64,000 bases of DNA from a virus, in the IMG/VR virus record IMGVR_UViG_3300025141_013434, positions 81,244 to 145,243 of that record; one strand, written 5' to 3'. Below are positions 28,704 to 38,786 of this stretch, in pieces (the first letter of the stretch is position 1; every line of letters starts with the position of its first letter). The notes under the pieces were generated by a model. That model searched no databases. It saw only the letters and a list, made by a program, of their open reading frames with translations, and was not told the origin of the DNA. The translations under genes were made by a program, and so were the position numbers.

Positions 28704-30496
28704 TACTTAATAGTACCTACAATGTCTAAGTTTGGATATTTAAGCTCAAATATATGGGTCTGAGGAGGGGTTATTACTCTTCCGTCTGCTGAAGTATTTT
28801 TAGCAATATCGAAAACTACTTGAGAATATGCTCCTGCAACCTTATTGATTATTCTAACTTCCACGACATCTACCACTTCGCGGACATCTTTCAGGGCTTT
28901 GAATATGTCTGTTATTATTATTGGTTCTCCGATCTCTTTTGTCATTTTAAGTAAACTTCGTATGGCTAAGTTTGAGGCCCTAAGGGCGGCATGCCTATTT
29001 ACGCCAGATTCAATAACAATGTCATATTCTATTCCAAAATTTATAATATGCGCATCAAGTATATCAACTGTATCGTTTATCATTCTATAATGATTTAGCC
29101 AAGTCTTTAAATTATTTTTAATTGTTATGTTTGTTCTAACAAGATGATTGTCTTGATTTTCAGATATCACATACAAATTCAAATTCCTGTTAAAGGCATC
29201 ATCGTCTCTTTTCACACAACATCTCTTAACTGCGCCAAACTGCGCAGGCATAGTATATGTTGCGGCAACATAATCCTCTCTAGTAACTGCTCTATTTTGT
29301 GCTGCGAAGGCGTCTATTGCTCTTATTTTTAATTCTTCTACGGTTGGCAGACTTATATCTCCCAATATTGGCTCGCCGTTTGTAACCTCTAATGAATTAG
29401 CTACAAAATCCCTTGTGGCCTCGGTTAAAGACGTAATATTATTAAATTCCACGTTTGCCTGAACAACACTATTTATAGAGTTTGCTGCTACATTTGTATT
29501 TTCTTCTGTATTTGTCCTATAAATTATTTTCAAAACAGTGTTTGACGGGCCGACTCCAAACTTATCAGTGGAAGTCAACTTTACAGGGTCGAAAGAAGTA
29601 TCTGAAATGAAATCTCTGCCCAATCTTCTCAAAACCACATTAGATGGATCAGCTATCGATCCGCTCATTATTTCGTTTTCTGAGCCGTAGCCAAATTGTA
29701 AAATTGTTTCATCGTCCAGGTGCTCAACAGTATACCTTCTCGGTACCGCAAAGGGCTTCATTACGCTGGGTACTCCATCTTTTTCGGCCTTTCTGTTTAC
29801 GACTGACTTAAAAATAATGTTTTGAGAAAGATGATCTACCTCGTAATACTCGTGCCCTTCTGCGTCGACAACAGATAAAATTTCCGAAATTGATTCTCCC
29901 GGTAAGGAGATCGATCTAAACTTTTTAAAATCTCCCACTGTGACTCTTTCGACTTCGTTTCTTCCTGAGACAACTCGGCCTTCTGCTTTTATTGCAAAAT
30001 ATGTTGGTGCACCTGTAGATTCATTAACTCTTGCTATTACAAGCTCATTTGTTGTGTCTGCAAAATTAACATTTTCTATTAGTGTAAATGGCGCATCGTT
30101 AATTGTTGAAAGTCGCGTGCCACTCCTCAGAACAGGGGCGTATCTCATGTCTGGTGCTCCTGTGTTTGAAACCGCGGGCACCAACATAAAAAATTGACAC
30201 AACCCATGAGAAGAGGGGTTCTTATTAAACTTTAGGCCCTGGGCCCTTGAAAGTTTTAAAACATTTTTATACTCTGCAGCTGTTTCCAAGAATGACTCGT
30301 TTGCTTGATAATCCAGATAAAAAGATAAAACGTCGCCGACGTAGGCTACCGTATCTATCATCAAGGATCCAAACGAAGCCTCATTAAAGTCTTTGTACGT
30401 ATTTGGGTAGTATCTTTTCGCATGTCGTACCAGAGAGTCCCGGATTGACGAAAAGTCTCTATTGGTATATTTTATTGGGATTATCTTTTTAGCCAT
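28703..30496 (-). CDS. Baseplate wedge protein, T4 gp6/baseplate J-like
   Basis: YTNRDFSSIRDSL, DFNEASFG, AYVGDVLSFYLD, NESFLETA, LQFG, AQNRAVTREDY. Start placed at ATG 30496 (AAGGA SD) instead of 30514. Confidence 0.85.
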   Translation of the reverse strand: MAKKIIPIKYTNRDFSSIRDSLVRHAKRYYPNTYKDFNEASFGSLMIDTVAYVGDVLSFYLDYQANESFLETAAEYKNVLKLSRAQGLKFNKNPSSHGLCQFFMLVPAVSNTGAPDMRYAPVLRSGTRLSTINDAPFTLIENVNFADTTNELVIARVNESTGAPTYFAIKAEGRVVSGRNEVERVTVGDFKKFRSISLPGESISEILSVVDAEGHEYYEVDHLSQNIIFKSVVNRKAEKDGVPSVMKPFAVPRRYTVEHLDDETILQFGYGSENEIMSGSIADPSNVVLRRLGRDFISDTSFDPVKLTSTDKFGVGPSNTVLKIIYRTNTEENTNVAANSINSVVQANVEFNNITSLTEATRDFVANSLEVTNGEPILGDISLPTVEELKIRAIDAFAAQNRAVTREDYVAATYTMPAQFGAVKRCCVKRDDDAFNRNLNLYVISENQDNHLVRTNITIKNNLKTWLNHYRMINDTVDILDAHIINFGIEYDIVIESGVNRHAALRASNLAIRSLLKMTKEIGEPIIITDIFKALKDVREVVDVVEVRIINKVAGAYSQVVFDIAKNTSADGRVITPPQTHIFELKYPNLDIVGTIK

Positions 30497-30525
30497 TTCA
30501 GAATTCCTTAACAACTATCTTATTA

Positions 30526-30924
30526 TTAATTAGTGCTTTGATCAGTACTTAATGTAAGAATATTTACATCATCCATGCTTTCTATGGAATAAACTATTTT
30601 TATAGATAAAAAATTTGATGTTGATTGGAATCTGTCATCGTCTGGGTCACTCATTATAATCTCATGGATGTCCACAAAGGGAAGATATTTTGCAGTTTGC
30701 GAGCGTATTCTCATCCTTACAGAATCATAAGTCGGCGGAGTTGCATTTTGAAACAAATACTTATATAGCCCCACTCCGAATTCTGGATCCATCATTCTTT
30801 CTCCGGGGACCGTCAAAATAAGATTCTTCAAGTTTTGCTGAACTGCTTCTGGTATGCTTTTTGTAGAACCATACCCGCCCTCTTCAGACATTGCCAGTGG
30901 CAATTTTGGTGATATTTTAGGCAT
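30526..30924 (-). CDS. Baseplate wedge protein gp25/GPW-like
   Basis: QNLKNLILTVPGERMMDPEFGVGLYKYLF...KYLPFV, the typical gp25 signature. Confidence 0.9.
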   Translation of the reverse strand: MPKISPKLPLAMSEEGGYGSTKSIPEAVQQNLKNLILTVPGERMMDPEFGVGLYKYLFQNATPPTYDSVRMRIRSQTAKYLPFVDIHEIIMSDPDDDRFQSTSNFLSIKIVYSIESMDDVNILTLSTDQSTN

Positions 30925-30927
30925 CTA

Positions 30928-33900
30928 TCATTCCTCCTCTTCAGTCACAATATCATCGACACAGAAAGGCGGTGGCTGCATTGGCCGGCCGGGTGTGTCG
31001 CACGAGATGCATTGAAACTCCTTTTGCTTCTTCCAATGTTCTTCCCCTGGAAGCTCTCTTATAGACAAGCCCCAAAGTCCTGGAAGAAAAAGGAGTTTTC
31101 CATATTTTCCTGTTTCTTCTCCGGCTCCAAGATTTTCTAAAAATTCAGTACCGAGAGCTGTATTAACTAGGTGCTGAACTGTTCCTTTTATCGGTTTTGC
31201 TGCACGCGACCACGAAGGCCCGAAAGGAAGAGCCGCCATAATAAGAGCCACCACAGATTTGCCAATATCCCCGGCGACCCGGTTAACTGGAACATAAAGT
31301 GGCAGTGCACCGCCTGCGCCGCAACGGGTGAGGCCCTCTTTTGTCAATTTTCTGGGTCGCCCTGCATATGGGAAAGAGTTAACCACAACCCCTTTATTTG
31401 ATAACGATCCCATGGTTAGGCCCCTTCTTAGCTTGCAGGGGTCTTTTTTATAGACCTTGTTCATTTCTTTGTAGGCCGGATCCAAATGATTTGCGGTATT
31501 TCTTATAGCAATTATCGGAGCCATCTTTATTGCTTTCTTTATCATGGGCCAGAAATCTTTTAGTTTCCTCTTGAGTTCTTCCATTGGGCCCTCAGAGCCT
31601 TGAGACGCCATGGCAGCACTAAACATATCACCATCGAGGGAAAGGTGACTGTCGTCGAGAGTCGGAGGGGTAATCATCGCCCTTAAGATCATGTTTGCTG
31701 CAGCTCGGGTACCATCAAACAATTCTGCTAAATCTTCATTTCTGTCTAGGATTGTTATGTGATTTATTAAAAATAATGAAACATACCTATCTAGAGGAAA
31801 AACGAAGTCAAAAAGATACCTTATGTCTTCCGATGGCTCTGAAGTTAGCCTCCACCGTACCTCATTGATCGACTCATCGCGGATAAGGGACCGTGGGTCG
31901 GTGTCTTTTTCCATCCCAAAATGCTCCTTCAGGAGGGCTTCTTTATAATTCTGCATCAATCCTTGGATTTCACCTAAGAAAATCGTATTGAAGACGCGCG
32001 TCTCGACCTCACCTTCTGTATCGAACGCGTTCTTATAGTTGAGCAGGAACTTGCCCAAACAATCTATCGATTTCTCGAAGTTGTAAATAGGAGTCGGTGT
32101 CATGTCGCCGCGGCCTTCTGGCGGCCAAACGCCGGCTTGACTTATACCCCTTTTGTCTTCATGGGAGAATTGATCCATCTCTGGCTGCAGATTAATATGG
32201 ACATTGGAAGGGATTGTACCCCCGTCTTTCACGCGCATAGGGAAAACAGTATAAGTTCCCCAAGGGTCTCCTCTGTGAGCGCTTGGATCTCCTTCTTGGC
32301 CCGCACCGCCCGCACCGCCAGCAGCTTCGGCACCACCGGCACCGGTACGTTGACCCATGGTGGATGTGTCGATATCTTTAACGTGCATCGCCCCAAAAAC
32401 GCCCGAAGACATGTCAACACCTTGAACGATGCTGCCTTCATCTGCCAGTCCGGACGGGGTACCAACACCCCTGCGTGGAAGTAGAGGAAATATATTTGGG
32501 TGGTTTGGCTCACGATTATAAAGATTTTCTTGCTTTTCAATGGGATATTCACCGCGAAGAAGTTCATTAAATCGGTCGAGCCTTTGCTGTGGTGTCATCT
32601 CTTCATGGATTATTCCCACCGCCTCAGGGTGAGTGCCGGCATGGATGATGGTATTCTCAACGTCGGCGGCGTGGCCATGTTCTTGCCAATGTTTTTCTTG
32701 TGCCGCAACCAGAGCTTCCATTTCCCCTTGACGCCTATAGAACCAGTTATGAGTTTCAAATCCAGCCGTTGGACTACCAAGAAAGGCGCGAGTAGTTGTG
32801 ATAAACTCATTTGCACCCTTGTTCCATTGTTTATGCACCGTGAAGTCGCGACTTCGTTCATTCGAGGTATCGCCCTGGGTGAACATCTGGTGATTATTGC
32901 TTGCAAGCGAAGGTTGCGAAAACCGGATTTGGTTTTGTCGCCCCTGTTGGAGTCCCTGGTCTATTTTAAGGCCGTCGTCGTATTGTCCAACAATTTGGTT
33001 AAACGACATATCCCTTCCAATAAGAGCCCGAGGTTGGATCGGTCGAGAATCTGATTTCCATCCCGCGGGTCTGACTGCCTGTCGCGATTCGTCGTATTCG
33101 TCTTCGTTCTGGTACCAAACACGACGATTATGCCTAATTGAACGCCGAATCGATTCATTTGCCGGCGGTATATACATTAATCTAACTCCGGCAGTCAGGG
33201 CCCCGGGCTCACTTATAAGATATTTTGCCAAAGTCTCGTATTCATCAGCCTTGGCTTCGGGGAAAATTTCCCCATCTAGTTCAGATCCTCCGACAAGAGT
33301 GGGGGAACCATGTTCCGCAAAATAATTTAACAAGCCATTTAATTCATGCTCATTGAATGGTCCGAAATATGCATTCAGCGGTATCAGATTTCTTTCGCTC
33401 GCGCCTCGCCGATGTCGATGGTCACCCACGGGTACTTCTCGGCGACCATGGCCGCCTTCATGTACATCTTCATAGTTACGAAGCCAATCACTATCCGCCA
33501 TCAAGCCTACCAAGAAAGTCTTACTGAATCTGAAATATTCCTCTAAATAGAAACAGCCATGAGTAAGTTTCATTTGACTTACCGAACCGGCCGTGATTTG
33601 CTGGTTGCCTGCAGCATCATATGAAAACTTATGATTATTGAAAAACTTTCTTCCTATGTTTATATATCCTCGACGGATAGGGTTTTGTATTTGTTTGTAA
33701 CCCTCTATTTTATCACTGCCAAGAGCTAGCTCTTCAAAGAACTTCTCTTTGTAAGATTTATATTTGGGCATAAAAAGCTTGTTTGAAACGCTTGTAATTG
33801 TCTTCTTCGCATTTTTCATAACTCTCGCTATCAACTTATCCAAAGCAATATTGAAGTCATCCTCGTTTGTTATTTTTTTAATTCTATCTACGATCCTTTG

Positions 33901-36900
33901 GCTATCTTCTTGCTCTTCCTCTCCAAAGACCTCTTCTAATATTTTTGACTCTAGATAGTCTTTCATATAAGAAGATATTATTCTTGTTTGCATAATATCT
34001 TCTCCGTCAAATTCAGAAAAGAGGAATATCCCCTTCATTACAAATTCCAAGGCAAAAGACATTATATATATGAATATCATCTGATCTGCAATGGCGTTCT
34101 CAAGAGGGCCGGGTTCTCTGAAGTCTCTCGTTACAGGGTCATTTTCTGGTTCGCACAATGATTCATTATAGGCCTTCATTATATCTTTCTTAAGTTGTTC
34201 GAAATCTAAAGCAATATCATTCTTTTTGATGCAGGGCTTTTCCGCTGTGGCTGGAACGATTGCTGAGGGGCTCTGCTCTTCCTCTGGGACATCAGGATCC
34301 CCTTCATTTCCCATTGGGCCTTGGCATGGTTCCTCGTCACACTCAACAAAGGCTGCAACCAGTTTTGTATTTAATGCCTCTAGTTGTGCCGGATCGAAAA
34401 ACTTAGACTCGGATATACTCTCGCCGATGGCCTCAAGAAATGCCGTTGCTTGTGCTCGATAAAACCCTTGATAATTGTTATCTGGCCATCCGGCCAAGTT
34501 ATTGAGGCTTTGGTGGGTATTCAGAAACTCAAGGCTCTGGTTTATCCACTTATCCTGAAGGTTTCTGGTCTCAGCGGTGCGCGGGTCGGTGATTTGTTCA
34601 ACGTCTGAGTTAAAAAATGGAAAACGACTGTTAATCTGATGTCGCATAGGGTCATGACCAAAAGCATACTCCGACGATGTAAAGGCTGCCTCTCGGGCAG
34701 CGCGAATGAAAGGTAAATTATCTCGGTGGGCTTCGAGTTCACGTATCCAAGCATTCACAAACAAATCAGCAAACATTGGTGGACGAAGCGATCGTGGCGA
34801 GTCGGGGCCGGGGCTGCCCATGGCCTTCTCATTGGCCAAGTTAAGTCTTCTCGCCTTAAATTCTGGCGGAATTATAAAATTTGCTGTCCTTACCCTGTAA
34901 ACCATTTGTTCCTCTCTATCTTCCGGTCTCAGGGTCCTGTCGATGGTGTGACTTATTATATTAAAACAATCTTTAATATCGTGGTCGTGACCTCCAATCG
35001 GCAACTCTTGATAGGCTATATCATCATGTGTGATATCATTCAACTGTGCAATCGATGTATTTTTATTGGTACCAAGAACAACCAACTCATGGCTATCATC
35101 CATAAACCCTTCTCTTTTGGGTAAATTATTTATAAAATTTTCCATTTGCCCAGCAACAGGCAATGGGTAGGTGCCGTTCCAGAGGCCAGGAACATTTTTA
35201 TAAGAATATCCAAAAGCATAGTTGCTCTTCATCAAACTCTTCAATAGTGGTATAACTTTTGTTTTTCTGACCGCATTGGCAGGTAAAAATCTCGAAGCGA
35301 GGCGTTCTTGAAATAATTTTCCATCCTCTATTGTGGATCGATATGCTGTCACATGTTTTTTAATGTTGTCTATACTTTTCCATCGCTTTTTCTCGTCTGA
35401 TGCTGTGCTCGGATGAAAAACCAAAATTGGATACCCCGCCCTTCTATGTTCTTCTGGGGTTGCAAGAATCTGTATTTTCTCATTTTCGTCTATCCAAAGA
35501 TACGGTTTATAGATGTTCCCCTTCTCACCTTCGGATGCGATCCACTGGCTCTCTGTTGATGCTCGCCTTGGGTCTCTAAATGTAGGGTCTTCGCCCCTAG
35601 TCTGAAGATCTTGCATCTGTTTCATCAGATTCATATGAATGTGAAAATCTATCACATCCATATCGTCCTCTCCCGGGAGATCCGCAGTCTGTTCGAAGAA
35701 CGCTGGCACGTACGATGTCAAGTCCATCTTATAAGACATCTCCAGTGCGTTCAAGGCCCCCTTCACCGCTACGGTATTGGCCTTCTGTGAATGCTCGTTG
35801 TCATAAGGTCCCGGCAGACCGCCCTGGTCCGGACACCCGACAGGCGGGAGAGAATCTTGTAGCGGATCTTTTGCGAAGAGATCCTTAATTGCATCCCTCT
35901 TTTTTGCAGCATCAGCCATGGCTGCTTTAATCTCCTCTGGAGATGCTCCAAGATCCTTTAATCTTTGTCTTAGAGATGGAATTTCTTTTTCTGGACAGAC
36001 CTCATCCGAAATTACAACGTTCGAAAGTCTGGCTATCTTTCCGCACACCGAGGGATCAATCAAGTCTCCCATACAAGAGAAAAACATTTCTATCTGACTT
36101 TCTGTTCCGATGTAATCCTTAAGCGTGGGCTTTGTTTTGTTAATTATCTCTTTAATAATTCCGATAACTTCTGGAGGTGCGTTGCCACCTAATAGAGCAC
36201 AAAGTTCCGCAGGTGTGAGAACCAGAGATACTTCATCAAACAAGTTTGCTAATTCCGAATAGTGCTCAACGGGGATACCCATCTTTTCCAAGCAATCAAC
36301 CCCTTTGTCAATACACTCAGCTCTTGAGCTTGCTTCTGGCCCGAGGAGTTCACACAACTCTTTATCACCAACATCCAAAAGATCTTTACAGCCAGGAAAT
36401 CCCGGGATGGACAAAAGATCTTTTAGAAGATCTAGAATCGCCCTCGCAATACCGCACAAAATGCCCAATATTATACTAATAATCATTAAAAGTAGCATTT
36501 CCAGTAGAAACCCCAAGGGATCCCATGATGGAAGTTTCGGCAACATAGGAAGTTGAAAATCGAAATCCCAATCAAACTCCAATGGCCACGGAATATCAGG
36601 AATACAGCCGGCGAAATTACAAAAAAGAGAAGTAAAATCAAAAATGTCCAAGAACTCTGCAAAAAGACCCTCTAAGGTGCATGCCGCTCCAGCTGGCAAT
36701 TTATCCGTAATAGACGCAGGATTCATTGCTTGTTCTGCTGTTATTGATGCTTTCCATGCCCCTCCTGAAGCAATAGCTAAATCTTCTTCTAGTTTTTTAG
36801 CAGCTGTTTTTAGTTCGTTAGAAAACGGAGGAAACGTACTCTTGAATTCATTCAACAAGAAAACAGTCTTAAGTGCCGGTATCCTGTGTGTGAATTTTTT

Positions 36901-38772
36901 AAAAAACTTCGTTCCTGGCATTGGCTTTGTTGTAGAACAAAGATTACTGTTTCTTGATATCTTATACATTTCTTCAATATTATAAAGATATCCCATCGTC
37001 CGTGGATTGTTCCATGGCCTCTCATTAGTCATCAACCAATCAATTCCAGAGGTAAATTCTATTTCTTCTTTGTTCTTCTTTACAATATGTACGGACAACA
37101 CCTTAAGACCAGCCGTCACGAGCTGCATCGGAGGCTTCTGGGCCCAGGGCTGGAGATTTGCTTTATGATCTCCTATTTCAAATTTTGTAGCCAAGCCCTT
37201 TATCGAGCCGAAAAGCGGCCTAACTCTTTCGAGCCTCTTTACTTCATCGAAACAGAAGCGAATCTTGTCGCCGGGCTGGGGAGTATAATCGTTTGTTCTT
37301 ATCAGTTCCTTTGTGGCCTCTATGACTCTCTTTAATTCTCTCGACTCGCTAGGAACTCTCAGACCGGGCTGGAACCGGCCGCCGACCAGACGCCATGGTT
37401 GCATTTGGATTTCATAGTTGTTCATTCTTGTTACGACTGTCTGAATTAACCCTTCACCGCGGAAGCTACCATGCTCATCTCTGATTTCGCCGGCCAGGAG
37501 CGCATCTATGTTATACTCTCGACACGCTGGAAAGCTTTCGTCTGAAACGTCTTTTGCGTGCTTTTCTGCTCTGGCTAATAATTCGTCTCTCAGGGCTGCT
37601 CGAATTCCATCTTTGTCTAAGCCATCAGATTCAGAATTTCTCGCCATTCGAGCTATACATTTTTCAACTATTTCAGAAGTCGCCTTGTCTATCTCATCTC
37701 TTGAGCTTTCCAACCAATTTGACGCAGCATCTGCAGCCAGTTGCTGAACTTCGGCTTTAGCTTCCTGAAGAGCATCAAGATCCTCTGGACTAGGAAGTTC
37801 ATGAAGCGTCCCTTTTGCTGGAATCGGATCAAACAAGTGTCTATTTATTGCAACTGAAAATTTAAAAGTAGAGCCGGGACGTTCCCCGGGGCTGTGTATT
37901 TTTTTGATGGCAGCGAAAATAGGCTTGGCCCTTTCTCTCAAATCCTGACCGTATAGTATATCCACAGTAGGTGCGCTGCCAGCCAGAGCAGCGGTCGGAA
38001 CAGGTGCAATAGTAAGCTGTAAATCTTCATTTCTTAAAGAAGTTGGAAAATTTTGATAATCCATTATCTCGTTCCAGGTACCCTTGTTGGGATCTGGCTT
38101 CCACACTGGAGATTTGCCATAAAATTTAAAGGCTTTAACAACTGCTGATCTAAGAGCCAACTCACTTGTAGATTCTACAAAATTCCTATAACTGGGATCA
38201 TCCCCTATGTCTGCTCGGGTTTTTCCAGAAAGCCACGTAACATATATAAATTTGCCGTCTCTGGTTGGCGGGCGATCAGTATCTTCCGGGACTCCAAACT
38301 CATTCCAATAATCTTTAGAATCCAAGTCTGAACCCTTTATAAGCTCAGATTTTGTATCTAAATATTCCAGAACCCTTTGGGCGGATTCTTGTATTTTTTT
38401 GAGACCGGTGTTATCGAACGTTGCGCCGGGGACCTGCATCATTGACATAAAGGTTGCGGGACGAACTACACCAAATTCCGAGAACCAACCGCGGTCGGCG
38501 GAAGATGAGTTGTCTTCATCAATGATAAGGCCTGCGAATTCGCTTATTTCTGTTTTGTGCTCTAACTGCCATTTTCTAAGTGCGTCTTTGGTAGCATCAT
38601 CAAAGACATCACTCTCAAACATGCCAACTCCCAGAAAATCACGTATTACTAGAACTTGAACTCCCTTGTCGCCCTTTTTCAGCGGGAGTTCAAAAGTTAT
38701 AGCCCTTTCATCGGTCCCCGGCAGCCCGGTGACAACAAATTTAGATGCCTTTAAAATTTCACTGTTACTCAT
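30928..38772 (-). CDS. Giant (2614 aa) tail-tip/hub-associated protein with N-terminal peptidoglycan-binding-like domain and hydrophobic segments
   Basis: LKKGDKGVQVLVIRDFLG...FDDATKDALRKWQ...GVVRPAT resembles PG_binding_1. FLLEMLLLMIISIILGILCGIA is TM-like within a Cys-rich region. Lies between the spike and gp25. Confidence 0.55.
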   Translation of the reverse strand: MSNSEILKASKFVVTGLPGTDERAITFELPLKKGDKGVQVLVIRDFLGVGMFESDVFDDATKDALRKWQLEHKTEISEFAGLIIDEDNSSSADRGWFSEFGVVRPATFMSMMQVPGATFDNTGLKKIQESAQRVLEYLDTKSELIKGSDLDSKDYWNEFGVPEDTDRPPTRDGKFIYVTWLSGKTRADIGDDPSYRNFVESTSELALRSAVVKAFKFYGKSPVWKPDPNKGTWNEIMDYQNFPTSLRNEDLQLTIAPVPTAALAGSAPTVDILYGQDLRERAKPIFAAIKKIHSPGERPGSTFKFSVAINRHLFDPIPAKGTLHELPSPEDLDALQEAKAEVQQLAADAASNWLESSRDEIDKATSEIVEKCIARMARNSESDGLDKDGIRAALRDELLARAEKHAKDVSDESFPACREYNIDALLAGEIRDEHGSFRGEGLIQTVVTRMNNYEIQMQPWRLVGGRFQPGLRVPSESRELKRVIEATKELIRTNDYTPQPGDKIRFCFDEVKRLERVRPLFGSIKGLATKFEIGDHKANLQPWAQKPPMQLVTAGLKVLSVHIVKKNKEEIEFTSGIDWLMTNERPWNNPRTMGYLYNIEEMYKISRNSNLCSTTKPMPGTKFFKKFTHRIPALKTVFLLNEFKSTFPPFSNELKTAAKKLEEDLAIASGGAWKASITAEQAMNPASITDKLPAGAACTLEGLFAEFLDIFDFTSLFCNFAGCIPDIPWPLEFDWDFDFQLPMLPKLPSWDPLGFLLEMLLLMIISIILGILCGIARAILDLLKDLLSIPGFPGCKDLLDVGDKELCELLGPEASSRAECIDKGVDCLEKMGIPVEHYSELANLFDEVSLVLTPAELCALLGGNAPPEVIGIIKEIINKTKPTLKDYIGTESQIEMFFSCMGDLIDPSVCGKIARLSNVVISDEVCPEKEIPSLRQRLKDLGASPEEIKAAMADAAKKRDAIKDLFAKDPLQDSLPPVGCPDQGGLPGPYDNEHSQKANTVAVKGALNALEMSYKMDLTSYVPAFFEQTADLPGEDDMDVIDFHIHMNLMKQMQDLQTRGEDPTFRDPRRASTESQWIASEGEKGNIYKPYLWIDENEKIQILATPEEHRRAGYPILVFHPSTASDEKKRWKSIDNIKKHVTAYRSTIEDGKLFQERLASRFLPANAVRKTKVIPLLKSLMKSNYAFGYSYKNVPGLWNGTYPLPVAGQMENFINNLPKREGFMDDSHELVVLGTNKNTSIAQLNDITHDDIAYQELPIGGHDHDIKDCFNIISHTIDRTLRPEDREEQMVYRVRTANFIIPPEFKARRLNLANEKAMGSPGPDSPRSLRPPMFADLFVNAWIRELEAHRDNLPFIRAAREAAFTSSEYAFGHDPMRHQINSRFPFFNSDVEQITDPRTAETRNLQDKWINQSLEFLNTHQSLNNLAGWPDNNYQGFYRAQATAFLEAIGESISESKFFDPAQLEALNTKLVAAFVECDEEPCQGPMGNEGDPDVPEEEQSPSAIVPATAEKPCIKKNDIALDFEQLKKDIMKAYNESLCEPENDPVTRDFREPGPLENAIADQMIFIYIMSFALEFVMKGIFLFSEFDGEDIMQTRIISSYMKDYLESKILEEVFGEEEQEDSQRIVDRIKKITNEDDFNIALDKLIARVMKNAKKTITSVSNKLFMPKYKSYKEKFFEELALGSDKIEGYKQIQNPIRRGYINIGRKFFNNHKFSYDAAGNQQITAGSVSQMKLTHGCFYLEEYFRFSKTFLVGLMADSDWLRNYEDVHEGGHGRREVPVGDHRHRRGASERNLIPLNAYFGPFNEHELNGLLNYFAEHGSPTLVGGSELDGEIFPEAKADEYETLAKYLISEPGALTAGVRLMYIPPANESIRRSIRHNRRVWYQNEDEYDESRQAVRPAGWKSDSRPIQPRALIGRDMSFNQIVGQYDDGLKIDQGLQQGRQNQIRFSQPSLASNNHQMFTQGDTSNERSRDFTVHKQWNKGANEFITTTRAFLGSPTAGFETHNWFYRRQGEMEALVAAQEKHWQEHGHAADVENTIIHAGTHPEAVGIIHEEMTPQQRLDRFNELLRGEYPIEKQENLYNREPNHPNIFPLLPRRGVGTPSGLADEGSIVQGVDMSSGVFGAMHVKDIDTSTMGQRTGAGGAEAAGGAGGAGQEGDPSAHRGDPWGTYTVFPMRVKDGGTIPSNVHINLQPEMDQFSHEDKRGISQAGVWPPEGRGDMTPTPIYNFEKSIDCLGKFLLNYKNAFDTEGEVETRVFNTIFLGEIQGLMQNYKEALLKEHFGMEKDTDPRSLIRDESINEVRWRLTSEPSEDIRYLFDFVFPLDRYVSLFLINHITILDRNEDLAELFDGTRAAANMILRAMITPPTLDDSHLSLDGDMFSAAMASQGSEGPMEELKRKLKDFWPMIKKAIKMAPIIAIRNTANHLDPAYKEMNKVYKKDPCKLRRGLTMGSLSNKGVVVNSFPYAGRPRKLTKEGLTRCGAGGALPLYVPVNRVAGDIGKSVVALIMAALPFGPSWSRAAKPIKGTVQHLVNTALGTEFLENLGAGEETGKYGKLLFLPGLWGLSIRELPGEEHWKKQKEFQCISCDTPGRPMQPPPFCVDDIVTEEEE

Positions 38773-38786
38773 ATTTTGATTTTCCG

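Noticed and set aside
14850-30930. In-frame gene junctions (657-aa/3957-aa/358-aa; 2614-aa/gp25) suggesting readthrough or stop-codon recoding
   Set aside because: The junctions use TAA or double stops (TAA TAG, TGA TAG), each downstream gene has its own start codon, and genes are intact under code 11. In-frame adjacency is expected one time in three.
32296-32345. GC-rich repetitive stretch (cccgcaccg repeats)
   Set aside because: It encodes a Gly/Ala linker (GAGGAEAAGGAGGAG); no independent element is evident.
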